Source: Octopus bimaculoides (lineage: Eukaryota). Taken from it: DNA of 49,130 bases. Position numbers and translations under genes: made by a program. Under the pieces are notes generated by a model. That model saw only the letters and a program-made list of their open reading frames with translations, had not been told where the DNA came from and searched no databases. Positions 25,370-37,626 of the stretch are shown in pieces; position 1 is the stretch's first letter; each line of letters starts with the position of its first letter. The stretch spans positions 34,725,334-34,774,463 of the forward strand of contig NC_068981.1 in the NCBI RefSeq assembly GCF_001194135.2. The letters are read 5' to 3'.

Positions 25370-25777
25370 AAATAAGGGGACTAGAGAAACTGGATTGTAG
25401 AGAGGGAGAAAGACAGTCAGAGAGAGAGAGAGAGAGAGAGAGAGTAGATAATGAATGTGATGAAAAAAGAGGGGAAGTAAGGCGAGTGAACGGACGACAG
25501 AGATAAAAATATTTCAGCAAATAGGTATGCAATGGCTGAAAGAACAGAATAAATGCATGAGCAGAAGAAGAAAAAGTAAAATAAGGGGAGGAGTGGGAGT
25601 AGGTAAGTGGAGACAACAGAGGTATAAGCTGAGTGGAGACAATGGGAATATGAGAGAGAGGGAAAGGGAGACAGAGACAGAGACAGAGAGAGAGGGAGAG
25701 CGCTATTGAATGACTTCCACTTGCTAAAGTACGCAACAGCTTTTATGGCCGTGGTCATTGACCTTGTTGTAGTAACT

Positions 25778-25831
<54 letters not shown>

Positions 25832-26137
25832 CGTGTTGTTTTTGTTGTTGTTGTTGTTGTTGTTCTTGTTGCTGCTGCTGCTGTTGTTGTCGTTGGAGTT
25901 ATGCGATTATGAAGCTGTTATACAGTAATAGTAGCTGTTACTTAACAACATGTCACTTCTGATGGAACCGATATGTGAGCAAGAGCGTTCCAGCCGTGAC
26001 TACATATTCTGACTCATATCTATGTGCATGTTCACAGATGCATACGCACACACATGTACACACACATACATACCTGCATACATACATACGTACATACATA
26101 CATACATACATACATGCATACATGCATACATACGTAC

Positions 26138-26338
26138 ATACTCCACCCAGACTACAAGTTCAGATTCATACCCGTGATTGTTGGGGCATTGGGATATGTA
26201 ACGAACTGCCTCAACAAAAACCTGGAAAAATTAGGGTTCTCAAAACCTGAAAGAAAAAGGCTGATTAGCAGACTACAGATTCAAGCCATCAATGGAACTG
26301 TAAAGATATGTAAAACTTTCCAAAAATTTAGCACATAA
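26138..26338 (+). mobile_element. 3' end of an RLE-type non-LTR retrotransposon ORF (R4/Dong-like)
   Basis: ILHPDYKFRFIPVIVGALGYVTNCLNKNLEKLGF...LQIQAINGTVKICKTFQKF* matches the P(I/V)(I/V).GALG...L...L..LG...LQ......T..I end of RLE domains. Homologous to 40123-40469. Confidence 0.75.
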
Positions 26339-27181
26339 ATACATATGCATGCATGTAGACATGAAAATATATACATAAAAACGCATCCATAAAACAAACA
26401 TACAAATNNNNNNNNNNNNNNNNNNNNNNNNNNNNNNNNNNNNNNNNNNNNNNNNNNNNNNNNNNNNNNNNNNNNNNNNNNNNNNNNNNNNNNNNNNNNN
26501 NNNNNNNNNNNNNNNNNNNNNNNNNNNNNNNNNNNNNNNNNNNNNNNNNNNNNNNNNNNNNNNNNNNNNNNNNNNNNNNNNNNNNNNNNNNNNNNNNNNN
26601 NNNNNNNNNNNNNNNNNNNNNNNNNNNNNNNNNNNNNNNNNNNNNNNNNNNNNNNNNNNNNNNNNNNNNNNNNNNNNNNNNNNNNNNNNNNNNNNNNNNN
26701 NNNNNNNNNNNNNNNNNNNNNNNNNNNNNNNNNNNNNNNNNNNNNNNNNNNNNNNNNNNNNNNNNNNNNNNNNNNNNNNNNNNNNNNNNNNNNNNNNNNN
26801 NNNNNNNNNNNNNNNNNNNNNNNNNNNNNNNNNNNNNNNNNNNNNNNNNNNNNNNNNNNNNNNNNNNNNNNNNNNNNNNNNNNNNNNNNNNNNNNNNNNN
26901 NNNNNNNNNNNNNNNNNNNNNNNNNNNNNNNNNGGTCGCGGTCTCAAAGCGACGAAAATATTTTGGCAAATCAAATTTAAATGTTGAAGTGAAACTAACG
27001 GATTTTGCGTGTTATTTTAAATGGCTTATAAACACCTTCCACGCTGCAATTGTTTTCGTTCCAGCACACGATCTCAGATTAGGTCACTTGCTATGCAAGT
27101 ACATCTCTGTCATATAATTATATTCATATGCATATTTATGTGTGCACATGTGTGTATATATATATATATATGCACACATGC

Positions 27182-27247
<66 letters not shown>

Positions 27248-27749
27248 ACACATACGCACACATAGATATGCATGTGTGTGTATACTGGTTAAAGCTTTAA
27301 ATATATTAATAAAAATATTTTAACTATTCTCAGTGCATTTTCAACTCCTATATATATATATATGTGTGTGTGTGTATGTATGTATGTATGTATGTATGTA
27401 TGTATGTATACACACACACACATATATATAAAATATAAATGAGTAACAAAGATGTACAGTGTCAATTCATTACGGCCGTTTCAAGTGAAATACATACTTT
27501 TTTTTAGAAATAATACATTTCTTAATCTCTCAGAGAAATTTATGCAGTAGTGATACGATGAGGTAGTTGTATGCTGTCAACTTAATGTGACAGTCCCCTG
27601 GAGGGAATGATATTACTGTTGGTTAGACCTAGGAAGCTGCACCGCTTGCTGTCGTCCTTGACACATTTCTTGTGTCCTTACGTTTACAAGAGGGGAGACA
27701 TACATACATACATACATACATACATACATACATACATACATACATACAT

Positions 27750-28029
27750 GCGCAAGCGTGATTGTGCTGCAAGAAGTCTGCTTCCAAGTCGCATGGTTCT
27801 CCGTTCAGTGCCACTGCGTGACGCGGCAAAATTCTTCTACTTTAGGTTCGAGCCGACCAAAGTCTTATGAGTGAATTCGGAAGATGGAAACTGAGAGAAA
27901 CCCGTTGTATATATAAATATACACGTGTGNNNNNNNNNNNNNNNNNNNNNNNNNNNNNNNNNNNNNNNNNNNNNNNNNNNNNNNNNNNNNNNNNNNNNNN
28001 NNNNNNNNNNNNNNNNNNNNNGTGCGTGC

Positions 28030-28069
<40 letters not shown>

Positions 28070-28270
28070 TCCACCATCGCTTGATACCCGGTGTTGGTGT
28101 GCAACTTTGCGTCCTCTTAAATTAGCGGTTCGGTAAAAAAGACCGATACGATAAGTACCAGGTTTTTAACAAAGTAAGTATAGGGGTCGATTCGTTCGGA
28201 TAAGTTTCTTCAAGGCGGTACTCCAGCATGGCCGCAGTCTGATTACTGAAACAAGTAAGAGAACAATAGA
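27750..28270 (+). mobile_element. Old, diverged SINE family A (spans a gap)
   Basis: Degenerate head, then TAGCGGTTCGGTAAAAAAGACCGATA and CAAGGCGGTACTCCAGCATGGCCGCAGTCTGATTACTGAAACAAG. Confidence 0.75.
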
Positions 28271-28359
28271 ATGAAACGATATACATGCGAATGTGCGCGC
28301 GCATACACATGCATGATGAAGAAACACATGCTACTTGCAATAGTTTCAATGAAATATTG

Positions 28360-29170
28360 ACGTAATCAACCTAACCCGTTTCGAAGGGGTTGCCAAGGCA
28401 TTACCATCTTTATATGACTCAACTCCTCTCATGTAGCTCTTGAAACCACCAAGAGTAAGACAGATTCTTCCACATGTTTCACATTGACTACTTTTGTCCG
28501 CAGCTTTTGATGTTCCTGGTTGTTCCCCTTTCGGAATTGCTCTTTTGTATGAAGCGTACTGAATTCTTTCCCTCTCAAATAATGCTACACCATCAAAGAT
28601 TGTTCTTCTCCATTTTGTTATATCAGCAGTTTGTCCTTTCCAGTTCTCAACAGAAATAGCCTAATTCTTCAAGTTCATGTTAAGAAGGTCTTTGTACCGC
28701 TGTTTGGGTTTTGGGACTTTTCTCTTCCTTCCTTTCAATTCCCCATAAAACAGTTGCATTGGGATTCTAGTATCGCTCATTCGAACAAGATGTCTGCTCC
28801 ACCTTAGAACACTTCGAACGATGATGGCTTCAATACTAGTCATTTGCGCTTTCTCTAGTCCTTCGGTATCCTGAGTATGTGTGGTCCACTTCTCATTGAG
28901 TATATCTCTCAAACAGCGTTAGTGAAACAGTCTGAGCCTGGTGTTTCTAGATCATCCAAGTTTCCCGACCACACAATAAAACTGAGAACACATTAGTTTT
29001 GTAGATGGATACCTCTGTGCTTAATCTGATCCCGTGTTGTGACCGAAGCCTGCTTTTCAGGTTTCCAAAAGCTATCAAAGCATTCTTCATTCTGTACAAG
29101 ACTTCCTCTCCAAATTTGCATCATTTGACAGAACACTTCGCAAATAAGTAAAAAGACCTCACCACTTTTA
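28360..29170 (-). mobile_element. RTE (BovB-like) LINE 3' fragment
   Basis: AFGNLKSRL..HGIRLST.V..Y...V.SVLL.G.ETW, then LEKAQMTSIEAIIVRSVLRWSRHLVRMSDTRIPMQLFYGELKGRKRKVPKPKQRYKDLL, then a C-terminal CETCGRICLTLGGFKSYMR. Contains stops and frameshifts. Confidence 0.85.
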
Positions 29171-29356
29171 ATTATTTAACGCCTACTAAGATCTTTGCTT
29201 TAACATATGCTTTTCCAGGTGCATCCTGCAGCGTAAGTTCTGTTTTCTACAAAATTCATTTCCCAATCAAAAGCATTGCATGATGCATTGAAAATTATAA
29301 TCATTTCCTGCATGCCTTCATATATAAATATGGTTGTATGCTTATATATGCATTTG

Positions 29357-29388
<32 letters not shown>

Positions 29389-29914
29389 TGTATGTATGTA
29401 TGTATGTATGTATATGTATATATATATATATATACATACACACACACACACACACACAGACATACAATATTATATATATTCACACATAAATGTAAANNNN
29501 NNNNNNNNNNNNNNNNNNNNNNNNNNNNNNNNNNNNNNNNNNNNNNNNNNNNNNNNNNNNNNNNNNNNNNNNNNNNNNNNNNNNNNNNNNNNNNNNNNNN
29601 NNNNNNNNNNNNNNNNNNNNNNNNNNNNNNNNNNNNNNNNNNNNNNNNNNNNNNNNNNNNNNNNNNNNNNNNNNNNNNNNNNNNNNNNNNNNNNNNNNNN
29701 NNNNNNNNNNNNNNNNNNNNNNNNNNNNNNNNNNNNNNNNNNNNNNNNNNNNNNNNNNNNNNNNNNNNNNNNNNNNNNNNNNNNNNNNNNNNNNNNNNNN
29801 NNNNNNNNNNNNNNNNNNNNNNNNNNNNNNNNNNNNNNNNNNNNNNNNNNNNNNNNNNNNNNNNNNNNNNNNNNNNTATGTATGTATGTATGTATGTATG
29901 TATGTATTTTCATC

Positions 29915-30130
29915 TTGTTGTACAGCCGAAAAGCGTTTGTCTATTGTACATGTATAATTCTTTTTCTATTGCACTTGTATTATCATTCCATCACGTTACG
30001 TTCGTCTAATAGTCGAAAGACCCTTTCTCTTATTTATTTATTTATTTATTTGTAAATGTCCAATTATTTTCGCTTTGCTGTATAGCCGAAAGGCATTCGT
30101 CTGTCGTATGTGTATAATTCTACCTTTCTT
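29915..30130 (+). repeat. Diverged ~55-bp direct repeat, ~160-bp period
   Basis: TTGTTGTACAGCCGAAAAGCGTTTGTCTATTGTACATGTATAATTC against TTGCTGTATAGCCGAAAGGCATTCGTCTGTCGTATGTGTATAATTC. Confidence 0.6.
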
Positions 30131-30489
30131 ATTATCATTTTCGTTCTTCTTTTCGTTTTTGTATACATTCGTTTGCATTTCCCAGAAGTTTAATGCTTTT
30201 AGCTTAGTACTCTGGTGCTTGCCAGACTCGAGCGGTCTCAGGGCTTAAAAAATGCGAAACTACTATGACTTTACGGACACTGACTGACGAAGAAATCGGC
30301 TGCGAATGATCCGTGTATCTTGTGTTTTTGACCAATTTCCCGTTTGTTATGTTATCGTCTATTTACCCATAGGTTGCTTGTTGTGTTCCTTCTATCCTGC
30401 CCTTGATTTATACATACATACATACATACATACACATACGTACACACATACATACATACATACATACATACATACATACATTCCTTTTT

Positions 30490-30570
30490 AGATGGTATGT
30501 AATTTGATGGAAACTTGATGGAAATTTCGCTGCTATTTCTAGCTGGTTGAGTGATCTCGTAGACACACCC
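30490..30570 (-). repeat. Family F fragment
   Basis: TTTTAGATGGTATGT...TTCGCTGCTATTTCTAGCTGGTTGAGTGATCTCGTAGA. Confidence 0.5.
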
Positions 30571-31127
30571 ATTTTAACTCAAGTGGTAGTAGTAGCAATG
30601 GAGGGGTGTAATGGAAGTATCTCTCAGTGGTCCTGGTGTCGCTTGTAAAAGTTAAGTCTTGTAATGACTATTTATGGTCGTTTTTTGTTTTTGTTTCTAA
30701 TTATAACTTTTAATTAACAATCAGGATGTCACTAAAATTAGCATCACCAATTATCAAAGTATTTGATTTGTTTTGTTTCAATTAGTAAAGCACATGACAG
30801 GAACAGTTCTTCTACCCCTTCCCTCCCACCTCTTCCCCTACACCTCTGTACATCAATGTTCATAGAAAAAAATTCGATGTCACATATGTAATATAATGAG
30901 CTGGAAGAACTTCGATTAACATATTATTCAAGCAATTAGTAGAGAAGAGTCCTTCTAGGATGTTTATAAACCAAAAACATTCAGTAAAAGAGATAATTAT
31001 AAGCTCAATTGACCGAAATTTCGAGACAAAATAAACAATACAGACAAGAATTTATCTGGGCTTTAAAAGAATTAAAAACGCGAGCTAGACATGCAAGGAC
31101 CTTCGAGAGAAATATCGCAAGACGGAA

Positions 31128-31178
31128 GAAGTTTTCTGGTCCCTGGAAGTTTTCTGGTCCCTGGAAGTTTTCTGGTCC
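31128..31178 (+). repeat. 18-bp tandem repeat GAAGTTTTCTGGTCCCTG, 2.8 copies
   Basis: Perfect copies seen directly. Confidence 0.9.
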
Positions 31179-31559
31179 TATGCTATTTTTTTTCATTTTG
31201 TTTTGTTTTGGGCCGATGTTTTAGATGAATACTTACATAGATTTTAGCTTAGTTCTAAAATCTATATAAGAGACGCAAGTAGTAAGTCTACAGGAAAGTA
31301 AAGGTTGTTACCACCTCGACGTGGTTGTTCCGTACAGCACCGCTAGATGGAAATTGTTCGCTTTTCTGTTTGCAATATAACGGACACAGATATTGTGTTG
31401 CTAACCAGCTAGAGGGAGTGTCCTCCTGGGGTTAAAAAAAAAGTGTAGAAACATTGTTCTGTAAGGAATAAGTACGTTGAGGTGGTGACAACCATCTTTT
31501 ATAATGACTTGTGACAAACCAAAGCAGACACTATACATGGCCATACAACGTTGTTTTTA

Positions 31560-31790
31560 TTGTTATTGTTGCTGTGTTGCCCCAGATTAGCCCTATTCAA
31601 GCAGACCTATGACCAAAGGCGTTGCATCCGTGACCATCTCGTCTTTTTTTTTTTGTAGACAGAGTATATATAAGGCTGCATTACCTAACGTGTCTTGCTT
31701 TTATTTAAGACGATAGGGTTATGAATTAAGAGACGTTTAGCTGCTATTTCTTGCAGTTTTAGTTACCACATAGAGGCTCCTTCGTTGGGC
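31560..31790 (-). repeat. Family F, full length
   Basis: GCCCCAGATTAGCCCTATTCAAGCAGACCTATGACCAAAGGCGTT...GACCATCTC...GCTGCTATTTCT...CCACATAGAGGCTCC. Confidence 0.7.
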
Positions 31791-31884
31791 CATGACTTTC
31801 TCATTGTTTCAACAACACCAGAGTCTGAATAAGCCAACAAGAGCGGTCACTTGGTCTGCAAATAGTCCTCTGTTCGAAGATTGC

Positions 31885-32010
31885 CTTCTTAAGTTATAGG
31901 AAAGTCACTCCGGATAATATAGTCCTATTTTATGAAAATAAAATAAAATTACGGGATGGTCACGTATGAACCACTTTCGTTAATCATAGGTCAACTTGAG
32001 TAGAGTTTAC
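31885..32010 (+). repeat. Family F, diverged, opposite orientation to 31560-31790
   Basis: GGGATGGTCACG...TAATCATAGGTCAACTTGAGTAGAG. Confidence 0.45.
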
Positions 32011-32187
32011 TTAGGCCAATATATTATCAATAAGAATGAAAATAGCGCCGATGGGAATTCCTGTCAGTTGCTGCACAACGAAAATATGATTGTAAAAAAA
32101 ATATTTACTTTTTAAACTAACATACACATTTTTTTTTCAATTTCCATGCAAAATAATATCTTTTTTTATTATTATTTATTTTGAATC

Positions 32188-32538
32188 TGTTGTTGTTGTT
32201 GTTGGCACTCTGTCGCTTACGACGTCGAGGGTTCCAGTCGATCCGATCAACGGAAAAGCCTGCTCAGGAGATTAACGTGTAAGTGGCTGAGCAATCCACA
32301 GACACATGTACCCTTAACGTAGTTCTCGGGGATATTCAGCATGACACAGTGTGACAAGGCTGACCCTTTGAATTACAGGCACAACAGAAACAGGAAGAAA
32401 GAGTGAGAGAAAGTTGTGGTGAAAGAGTACAACAGGGTTCGCCACCATCCCCTGCCGGAGCCTCGTGGAGCTTTAGGTGTTTTCGCTCAATAAACACTCA
32501 TAACGCCTGGTCTGGGAATCGAAACCGCTGCCCTAACC
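32188..32538 (-). mobile_element. SINE family B with deletion in the tRNA head
   Basis: Highly similar to 22466-22854. The head is collapsed at GAAACCGC|TGCCCTAACC. Confidence 0.88.
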
Positions 32539-32717
32539 TAAGGAAGAATAAGTACACAAATTTTTTTGGATCAGTTATGATTTATTTACTTATAGAAATG
32601 ATAGTTACTGATAGCTAATGATAGAAAACGGGAATAACATCACGGACGAAGTATTTCGGGTTAGAAATAAGTGACAGATACTTCAGAGTCCAGTGAACGT
32701 ATATTTTCGTTCAAATA

Positions 32718-33208
32718 CAGGTCGTTGTCGACTTACGACCTATCCGACTTACGACCTATCCGACTTACGACCTATCCGACTTACGACCGATCGACTTTAC
32801 GACGATTGTGGCGCCAGCTCCAGGCAGCAATAATAAATAGTCCAGTTGAAATCTAATAGGTTTAATTTCTTAGAAATTAACCCGTCTACGGATGATGTCA
32901 GCTGACAAACGCTTACCCTAGGTTTGGTTTTCTATCGCCACTGTGGTTATCCCAAGTGTTGGATGAATATCCTGTCGCGGAGACATCGAGGCAACCTCGT
33001 ATTTGTTTATTAGGCGACTGCTTGAGACTCCGAACAAATAACACTGTTGAAGTATAATACAGAATGCTGTGTGTGACTTTTACTTGAGAATGTGCCTTAA
33101 GAATATAAAAATATAAAACAAAGCTATGTAGGCCTATAGGCCGACTTACGACCAAATCCTCTTACGACCAGTCAGTCGAAGCAATTGTTGTCGTAAGTCG
33201 ATGACTTG
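32718..33208. mobile_element. Tigger/pogo-like MITE (~490 bp) with TA TSD and subterminal 16-bp tandem repeats
   Basis: TA|CAGGTCGTTGTCGACTTACGAC at left and GTCGTAAGTCGATGACTTG|TA at right. CGACTTACGACCTATC occurs 3 times perfectly plus 2 degenerate (32729-32807). The TIR resembles Tigger5-type CAG...CTCGACTTACGA. Confidence 0.75.
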
Positions 33209-33469
33209 TATATATTTACTAGACATCTCTGAACGAAAATGTACAGAAAATATACAGAGGTTAATGAATTGGTGGCAATGGATCTGACTGGTGTCACTGC
33301 AAATCTATGAAGGTTTTTATTAACGTCTTCGATACCAAAGATAACTGGAGAGACACAGAAGATACAGATCCTTGCATCATAGATGTAGTAAAGTATTTAC
33401 TGGATAAAGAAAAATAAAGACAATAAAATACCCTTTGAAAAGTGATTATAATATTAATGTTTTTTTTTT

Positions 33470-33536
33470 CTGTTATAGGCACAAGACCTGAATTTTGGAA
33501 AAGGGGACTAGTTGATTACATCGACCTCAGTACGCA
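33470..33536 (-). mobile_element. SINE family D tail (runs into gap)
   Basis: TATAGGCACAAGACCTGAATTTTGG...GATTACATCGACCTCAGTA. Confidence 0.7.
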
Positions 33537-34914
33537 NNNNNNNNNNNNNNNNNNNNNNNNNNNNNNNNNNNNNNNNNNNNNNNNNNNNNNNNNNNNNNNN
33601 NNNNNNNNNNNNNNNNNNNNNNNNNNNNNNNNNNNNNNNNNNNNNNNNNNNNNNNNNNNNNNNNNNNNNNNNNNNNNNNNNNNNNNNNNNNNNNNNNNNN
33701 NNNNNNNNNNNNNNNNNNNNNNNNNNNNNNNNNNNNNNNNNNNNNNNNNNNNNNNNNNNNNNNNNNNNNNNNNNNNNNNNNNNNNNNNNNNNNNNNNNNN
33801 NNNNNNNNNNNNNNNNNNNNNNNNNNNNNNNNNNNNNNNNNNNNNNNNNNNNNNNNNNNNNNNNNNNNNNNNNNNNNNNNNNNNNNNNNNNNNNNNNNNN
33901 NNNNNNNNNNNNNNNNNNNNNNNNNNNNNNNNNNNNNNNNNNNNNNNNNNNNNNNNNNNNNNNNNNNNNNNNNNNNNNNNNNNNNNNNNNNNNNNNNNNN
34001 NNNNNNNNNNNNNNNNNNNNNNNNNNNNNNNNNNNNNNNNNNNNNNNNNNNNNNNNNNNNNNNNNNNNNNNNNNNNNNNNNNNNNNNNNNNNNNNNNNNN
34101 NNNNNNNNNNNNNNNNNNNNNNNNNNNNNNNNNNNNNNNNNNNNNNNNNNNNNNNNNNNNNNNNNNNNNNNNNNNNNNNNNNNNNNNNNNNNNNNNNNNN
34201 NNNNNNNNNNNNNNNNNNNNNNNNNNNNNNNNNNNNNNNNNNNNNNNNNNNNNNNNNNNNNNNNNNNNNNNNNNNNNNNNNNNNNNNNNNNNNNNNNNNN
34301 NNNNNNNNNNNNNNNNNNNNNNNNNNNNNNNNNNNNNNNNNNNNNNNNNNNNNNNNNNNNNNNNNNNNNNNNNNNNNNNNNNNNNNNNNNNNNNNNNNNN
34401 NNNNNNNNNNNNNNNNNNNNNNNNNNNNNNNNNNNNNNNNNNNNNNNNNNNNNNNNNNNNNNNNGGAGGAAGAGAGAGAGAGAGAGAGATGGAGGGAGAG
34501 AGAGAGAGATGGAGGGAGAGAGAGAGAGATGGAGGGAGAGAGAGAGAGAGAGAGCAATACAGTAATCCCCAAAGGAATCTATGCATGATGTATAAATTAC
34601 TTATTTATTACTGTCCATTTCAACATGATTTTAGCTGTCCTTACAAGCTGATGATATTTTATATTATATATTTATATTTATATCTACAGAGTGGCCGAAA
34701 ATTCGCTCAACTATTTAATACATATAAACGTATTAAATGGGAGCTTGAATTTTGGACCATCCTGTCTATACTGTGAAGCGAGCACGCGAACACAGATGCA
34801 CATTGCTAACTTGGATAAAAGAAGCAAACCATAGCCGGAGAAGGTACAGATGTAGTATACATACACGAACACACATACACACACACACAAACACAAAACA
34901 TGTATGTGTGTATA

Positions 34915-35736
34915 GAGGGCCGGATTAACCATTAAGCAAAATAAGCATGTGCTAAGGGCATAGGAGAAAGGGGAACACCACAGAAATGGTAAATGGTTTA
35001 CGACACAAAAGAAATTACTTTAAACATGATGAAATAATATTCGAAGTGGTTTACACGATTAGAAATATAACTTCGAAGTGTTCGTGGTGCCATAGTAAGG
35101 ATATGGTCAAAGATTTTGCATTGAAAGAAAAGTAGGACAATTTTTTTCAAATATAAACAAGAGCACTCAGAGAGCGCAAACCTCCGCCAAGGCAACACCA
35201 ACGTCCTCTCAACGATTAGCCGGAGATGATTTTTAAAATGAGTATATCTGAAATATACTCGACTGCTCTCACAAACGAGAATACTAAAAATGAACACGAC
35301 CGCTCTCAAAATTTAAGTAAAAAAACAGGAAAAATAGTCCAGAATTCTTGTCCGCTACCGGGTCGATCCCAAAATCTAATGTTGGCCCCTCTATGTTGGC
35401 CCGCATGGGTAATAAAAAAGACAGATCCCAAAATCTAATCCGTTCGTGCCAATCACGAGGCCAGACATCACTGAAAGTTTCATCCGAATTCATCCAGCAG
35501 TTATTGAAACATCTTAGCTACGGACTGACAAACAAACAAACACGACTGAAAACAATACCTCTGCCTCTGCTAAGTGGAGGTAATAAAGTGGATGCAACGA
35601 TAAACTCATTTTCCATCTTACTATTAGTTTTATTTCATTTTGAAAAATAGAAATCTATTTTATAGCTTATTATTATATTTTCCAATGCATATATATAGGG
35701 GCACCAAAATCTTTTTAAGTGCTTATGGCCTTAATC
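34915..35736. mobile_element. Decayed hAT-like non-autonomous element hosting a HINE insertion
   Basis: Left end GAGGGCCGGATTAACC...GTGCTAAGGGC. Right end GGGGCACCAAAAT...GTGCTTATGGCCTTAATC (partial TIR). Possible remnant DMVKDFALK near 35100-35126. Confidence 0.45.
35156..35584 (+). mobile_element. HINE/DINE-1-like element, copy 2
   Basis: Same 5' end and (ACAA)n as 11848-12143, with a degenerate 3' hairpin. It is longer, with a duplicated GATCCCAAAATCTAAT segment. Confidence 0.7.
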
Positions 35737-35741
35737 GTGTA

Positions 35742-35777
<36 letters not shown>

Positions 35778-36122
35778 NNNNNNNNNNNNNNNNNNNNNNN
35801 NNNNNNNNNNNNNNNNNNNNNNNNNNNNNNNNNNNNNNNNNNNNNNNNNNNNNNNNNNNNNNNNNNNNNNNNNNNNNNNNNNNNNNNNNNNNNNNNNNNN
35901 NNNNNNNNNNNNNNNNNNNNNNNNNNNNNNNNNNNNNNNNNNNNNNNNNNNNNNNNNNNNNNNNNNNNNNNNNNNNNNNNNNNNNNNNNNNNNNNNNNNN
36001 NNNNNNNNNNNNNNNNNNNNNNNNNNNNNNNNNNNNNNNNNNNNNNNNNNNNNNNNNNNNNNNNNNNNNNNNNNNNNNNNNNNNNNNNNNNNNNNNNNNN
36101 NNNNNTATATAGGAGGAATTTC

Positions 36123-36268
36123 AACCATGTTTCGTGGTCTGCTACCACAACAGCTCCTTTATAGGATCCAGTTAGCTCAAGACATCATCAGGAGGAACCA
36201 CGTCCGGTTTCGGCCCCTACTCCTCTACCGTTTTGACGTGGCGGCCCCCCTTTCGGAGGTGTCTTCAG
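36123..36268 (-). repeat. Two tandem degenerate hammerhead-like motifs (Penelope pLTR/retrozyme-like relic)
   Basis: The minus strand reads CTGAAGA (36268-36262)...CGAAACCGGAC (36212-36202), then CTGATGA (36191-36185)...CGAAACATGGTT (36134-36123). Confidence 0.4.
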
Positions 36269-37136
36269 CTCTGGTGTTGGGTGCATGTCTTCTTTCTTCT
36301 ATTCCCTGGCCTCTTCGATGCAGCATCAACGAGTGTCAGCGTATATTTATATATATATTTGTAGCTATCTGTAACATAATACAATAAAGTGTTCCCTGAT
36401 GATCCAATTAAGCATCCAGTTGCAACTGGGACATCCGATGCAGAGCTTCAAACAAATACAAAGGTGAAATGTACGTAAGAACAACAAAAACTATAAATTT
36501 GTGTTTATCGTAACTTCTCCTAATATATACTGTAATACAGTAAAGAGAAGTAACGTTGATAAAAGATACCCTCAACAGGGCTGAGCGAAAATCCTTTAGT
36601 GGGACGGGAGTGTTCTGAATGTTAACCATATATAATGTTGAGCTTCACATACGTAATATTTTGGCTGAAGAATTAGTCCTGGCAACTGCCATAGAAAAAA
36701 TAACTTATACTTGCAATTAAAAGGGGAGGGGGAGATTTCACTACCAAGGGAGATAACTACAATAATTCTGAAGTTTTTCAACTTAATTCAAGTGAGATTG
36801 TATCTTTATTTTCCAAAAATATGGAAGTCAAAGATGAAAGGAAAATAGGTTTCGCGGTAAGTAATCTCGTGTTTGGATGGTATTTTCAGGAACGCAGCCT
36901 TTTCGTAACGTGGGGGTTACCTGCATGCATGTATGTATGTTTGTATGGATGCATGTATGTATGCATGCAGGCATTCATGCATTCATATGCTTAAGTATGT
37001 ATGTGAAAATAATGGTCTCTTAGTTCTTACACCCAAATTTGTAGAACGTCTAATTTTAGAAACAGACAGAAAAAAATGTAGGAATTTCATGAAAAGATGT
37101 CAAACTATTCCCACTAATCTTTATTTAGAATGCACA

Positions 37137-37193
<57 letters not shown>

Positions 37194-37626
37194 NNNNNNN
37201 NNNNNNNNNNNNNNNNNNNNNNNNNNNNNNNNNNNNNNNNNNNNNNNNNNNNNNNNNNNNNNNNNNNNNNNNNNNNNNNNNNNNNNNNNNNNNNNNNNNN
37301 NNNNNNNNNNNNNNNNNNNNNNNNNNNNNNNNNNNNNNNNNNNNNNNNNNNNNNNNNNNNNNNNNNNNNNNNNNNNNNNNNNNNNNNNNNNNNNNNNNNN
37401 NNNNNNNNNNNNNNNNNNNNNNNNNNNNNNNNNNNNNNNNNNNNNNNNNNNNNNNNNNNNNNNNNNNNNNNNNNNNNNNNNNNNNNNNNNNNNNNNNNNN
37501 NNNNNNNNNNNNNNNNNNNNNNNNNNNNNNNNNNNNNNNNNNNNNNNNNNNNNNNNNNNNNNNNNNNNNNNNNNNNNNNNNNNNNNNNNNNNNNNNNNNN
37601 NNNNNATATATATATATATATATATA

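Noticed and set aside
31128-31178. Short regular repeats (also 32729-32807 and 42733-42782) as possible CRISPR arrays
   Set aside because: They are contiguous tandem units without unique spacers, in eukaryotic context with no cas genes.
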